Source of the DNA: Flavobacterium sp.
GTDB lineage: Bacteria; Bacteroidota; Bacteroidia; Flavobacteriales; Flavobacteriaceae
Direction of reading: 5' to 3'
DNA: 47,675 nucleotides
Assembly (NCBI GenBank): GCA_044232845.1
Contig: JBIILD010000001.1
Location: forward strand, 1 to 47,675
Shown piece after piece: positions 46,452 to 47,675 of this stretch. The notes beneath the pieces are model-generated. The model worked only from the letters and a program-made list of their open reading frames with translations, was not told where the DNA came from and searched no databases. The translations under genes were made by a program, and so were the position numbers. Within the stretch, counting starts at the first letter, position 1. The number at the start of each line of letters is the position of its first letter.

Positions 46452-46838
46452 TTAACGTTTAGAGAATTGGAATCTCTTACGAGCTTTCTTCTGACCGAAT
46501 TTTTTACGTTCCACCATTCTTGGGTCTCTTGTTAATAAACCTTCTGGTTTCAAGATAGCTCTGTTTTCAGCATTTACTTCACACATAACACGTGCTAATG
46601 CCATTCTTACAGCTTCTGCTTGACCAGTTGAACCACCTCCATAAACGTTTACTTTTACGTCATAGTTGGTTGCATTTTCTGTCATTGACATAGGTTGCAA
46701 TACTTTGTACTGTAAAGTAGCGGTTGGAAAGTAAGTTGCAAATTCTTTTTTGTTCACAGTGATTACTCCTGTTCCTTCCGAAACATAAACACGTGCAACA
46801 GCGGTTTTTCTTCTACCGATTTTGTGAATTACTCCCAT
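46452..46838 (-). CDS. rpsI: 30S ribosomal protein S9
   Basis: GRRKTAVARV, GGGSTGQA and QFSKR motifs. Confidence 0.98.
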   Translation of the reverse strand: MGVIHKIGRRKTAVARVYVSEGTGVITVNKKEFATYFPTATLQYKVLQPMSMTENATNYDVKVNVYGGGSTGQAEAVRMALARVMCEVNAENRAILKPEGLLTRDPRMVERKKFGQKKARKRFQFSKR

Positions 46839-47293
46839 TACTTAAGATCGTTAAGGTTAACTGTTCTAGGTTTTTGAGCGCCTTGTTTGTGCTCTGATCC
46901 TACAACAACATTTAAATTTCTGAAAAGTTCAGCGCCAATTTTATTTTTTGGCAACATTCCTTTTACTGCTTTTTCTACTAATAATGCAGGGTTTTTTGAT
47001 TGCAATACTTTAGCAGTTAAAGTTCTTTGTCCTCCAGGATAACCAGTGTGACGGATGTATGTTTTTTCATCCATTTTGTTACCTGTAAGGTTGATTTTCT
47101 CTGAGTTGATAACGATTACGTTATCTCCGCAGTCGACGTGTGGTGTGTAACTTGGCTTGTACTTACCTCTCAAAATCATAGCGACTTTTGAAGCAAGACG
47201 ACCTAAGTTATGACCATCGGCATCAACAATGATCCACTCTTTTGTAACGGTGGCTTTGCTTGCTGATTGTGTCTTGTAGCTTAATGCGTCCAT
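46838..47293 (-). CDS. rplM: 50S ribosomal protein L13
   Basis: LGRLAS, YTPHVDCGD, HTGYPGG and GMLPK motifs. Confidence 0.98.
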   Translation of the reverse strand: MDALSYKTQSASKATVTKEWIIVDADGHNLGRLASKVAMILRGKYKPSYTPHVDCGDNVIVINSEKINLTGNKMDEKTYIRHTGYPGGQRTLTAKVLQSKNPALLVEKAVKGMLPKNKIGAELFRNLNVVVGSEHKQGAQKPRTVNLNDLK

Positions 47294-47319
47294 AATATAT
47301 ATTTAATTAAACATTCCAT

Positions 47320-47344
47320 CCCCAATAAAGGGGTTGCAAAAGTA
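47320..47344 (-). promoter_or_regulatory. rplM promoter -7 element and short leader hairpin
   Basis: TACTTTTG (47344-47337), then CCCC-TTTATT-GGGG. Confidence 0.6.
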
Positions 47345-47634
47345 CAATTAATTATTTTAAATACAAATACCTTAAAAGATTATTTTTTGATCGTTTTTGA
47401 GCTGATTATCAAATGGGTATTTGAAGTTAAATTCATTTCCGCTTTCTTGAGTTGTTGTTTAATTTAGAGTTTCTATATTTGCAAAGGATCTGTTTAAGAA
47501 AATGTACATTACACTGAAATAAAGACTTATTTTTGAGGGAGATTTTTTGTAATAAAAAATAATAATTGAATTCACGTCCCTAAAATGCACATTTTATTTA
47601 TAGACAGAACTTAATAGGAAAATAAATTTTACTT

Positions 47635-47675
47635 ATGAAAATTAGAGCAACTTTAAAACAAATTGCAAAAGAACT
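47635..47675 (+). CDS. Probable LacI-family regulator, N-terminus only
   Basis: MKIRATLKQIAKE resembles the LacI HTH start; truncated by the window edge. Confidence 0.6.
   Translation, partial: MKIRATLKQIAKE

Overview
AT-rich (about one-third GC by eye) chromosomal segment that looks like Flavobacterium (Bacteroidota), judged from TAnnTTTG promoters, gene order and an ACIII-aa3 operon. Most of it is core genome: mutS, trmH, folK-dNK, sppA, AsmA-like, GH3-like, rimP-nusA-infB, actABCDEF-coxB-coxA, ruvB, queG, pcrB, pnuC, DUF4301, arfB, a TPP riboswitch with a TonB receptor, greA, a HIT protein, a sensor kinase, DUF3127, aat and rplM-rpsI-rpsB-tsf. It also has tRNA-Gly(GCC), tRNA-Leu(TAA) and the left end of an IS3-family element. 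The unusual signal is mostly non-coding or sub-genic. (1) A 5 x 65-bp tandem array between the two tRNAs, in which each unit carries the 5' leader plus the first 12 nt of tRNA-Leu. (2) A four-helix-bundle (IVP/Avd-like) gene bracketed by complementary heptamer-repeat arms, with several gene-less inverted short-repeat arm pairs elsewhere in the window. (3) Short GC-rich elements apparently inserted in frame into mutS and pcrB. (4) Gene decay not evident from the ORF track: a serB remnant, a flavin-reductase remnant, a tag pseudogene and probable loss of a NadR-like domain. (5) A one-base frameshift in infB, most likely an assembly error. All family assignments come from motif recognition by eye; no database searches were run.
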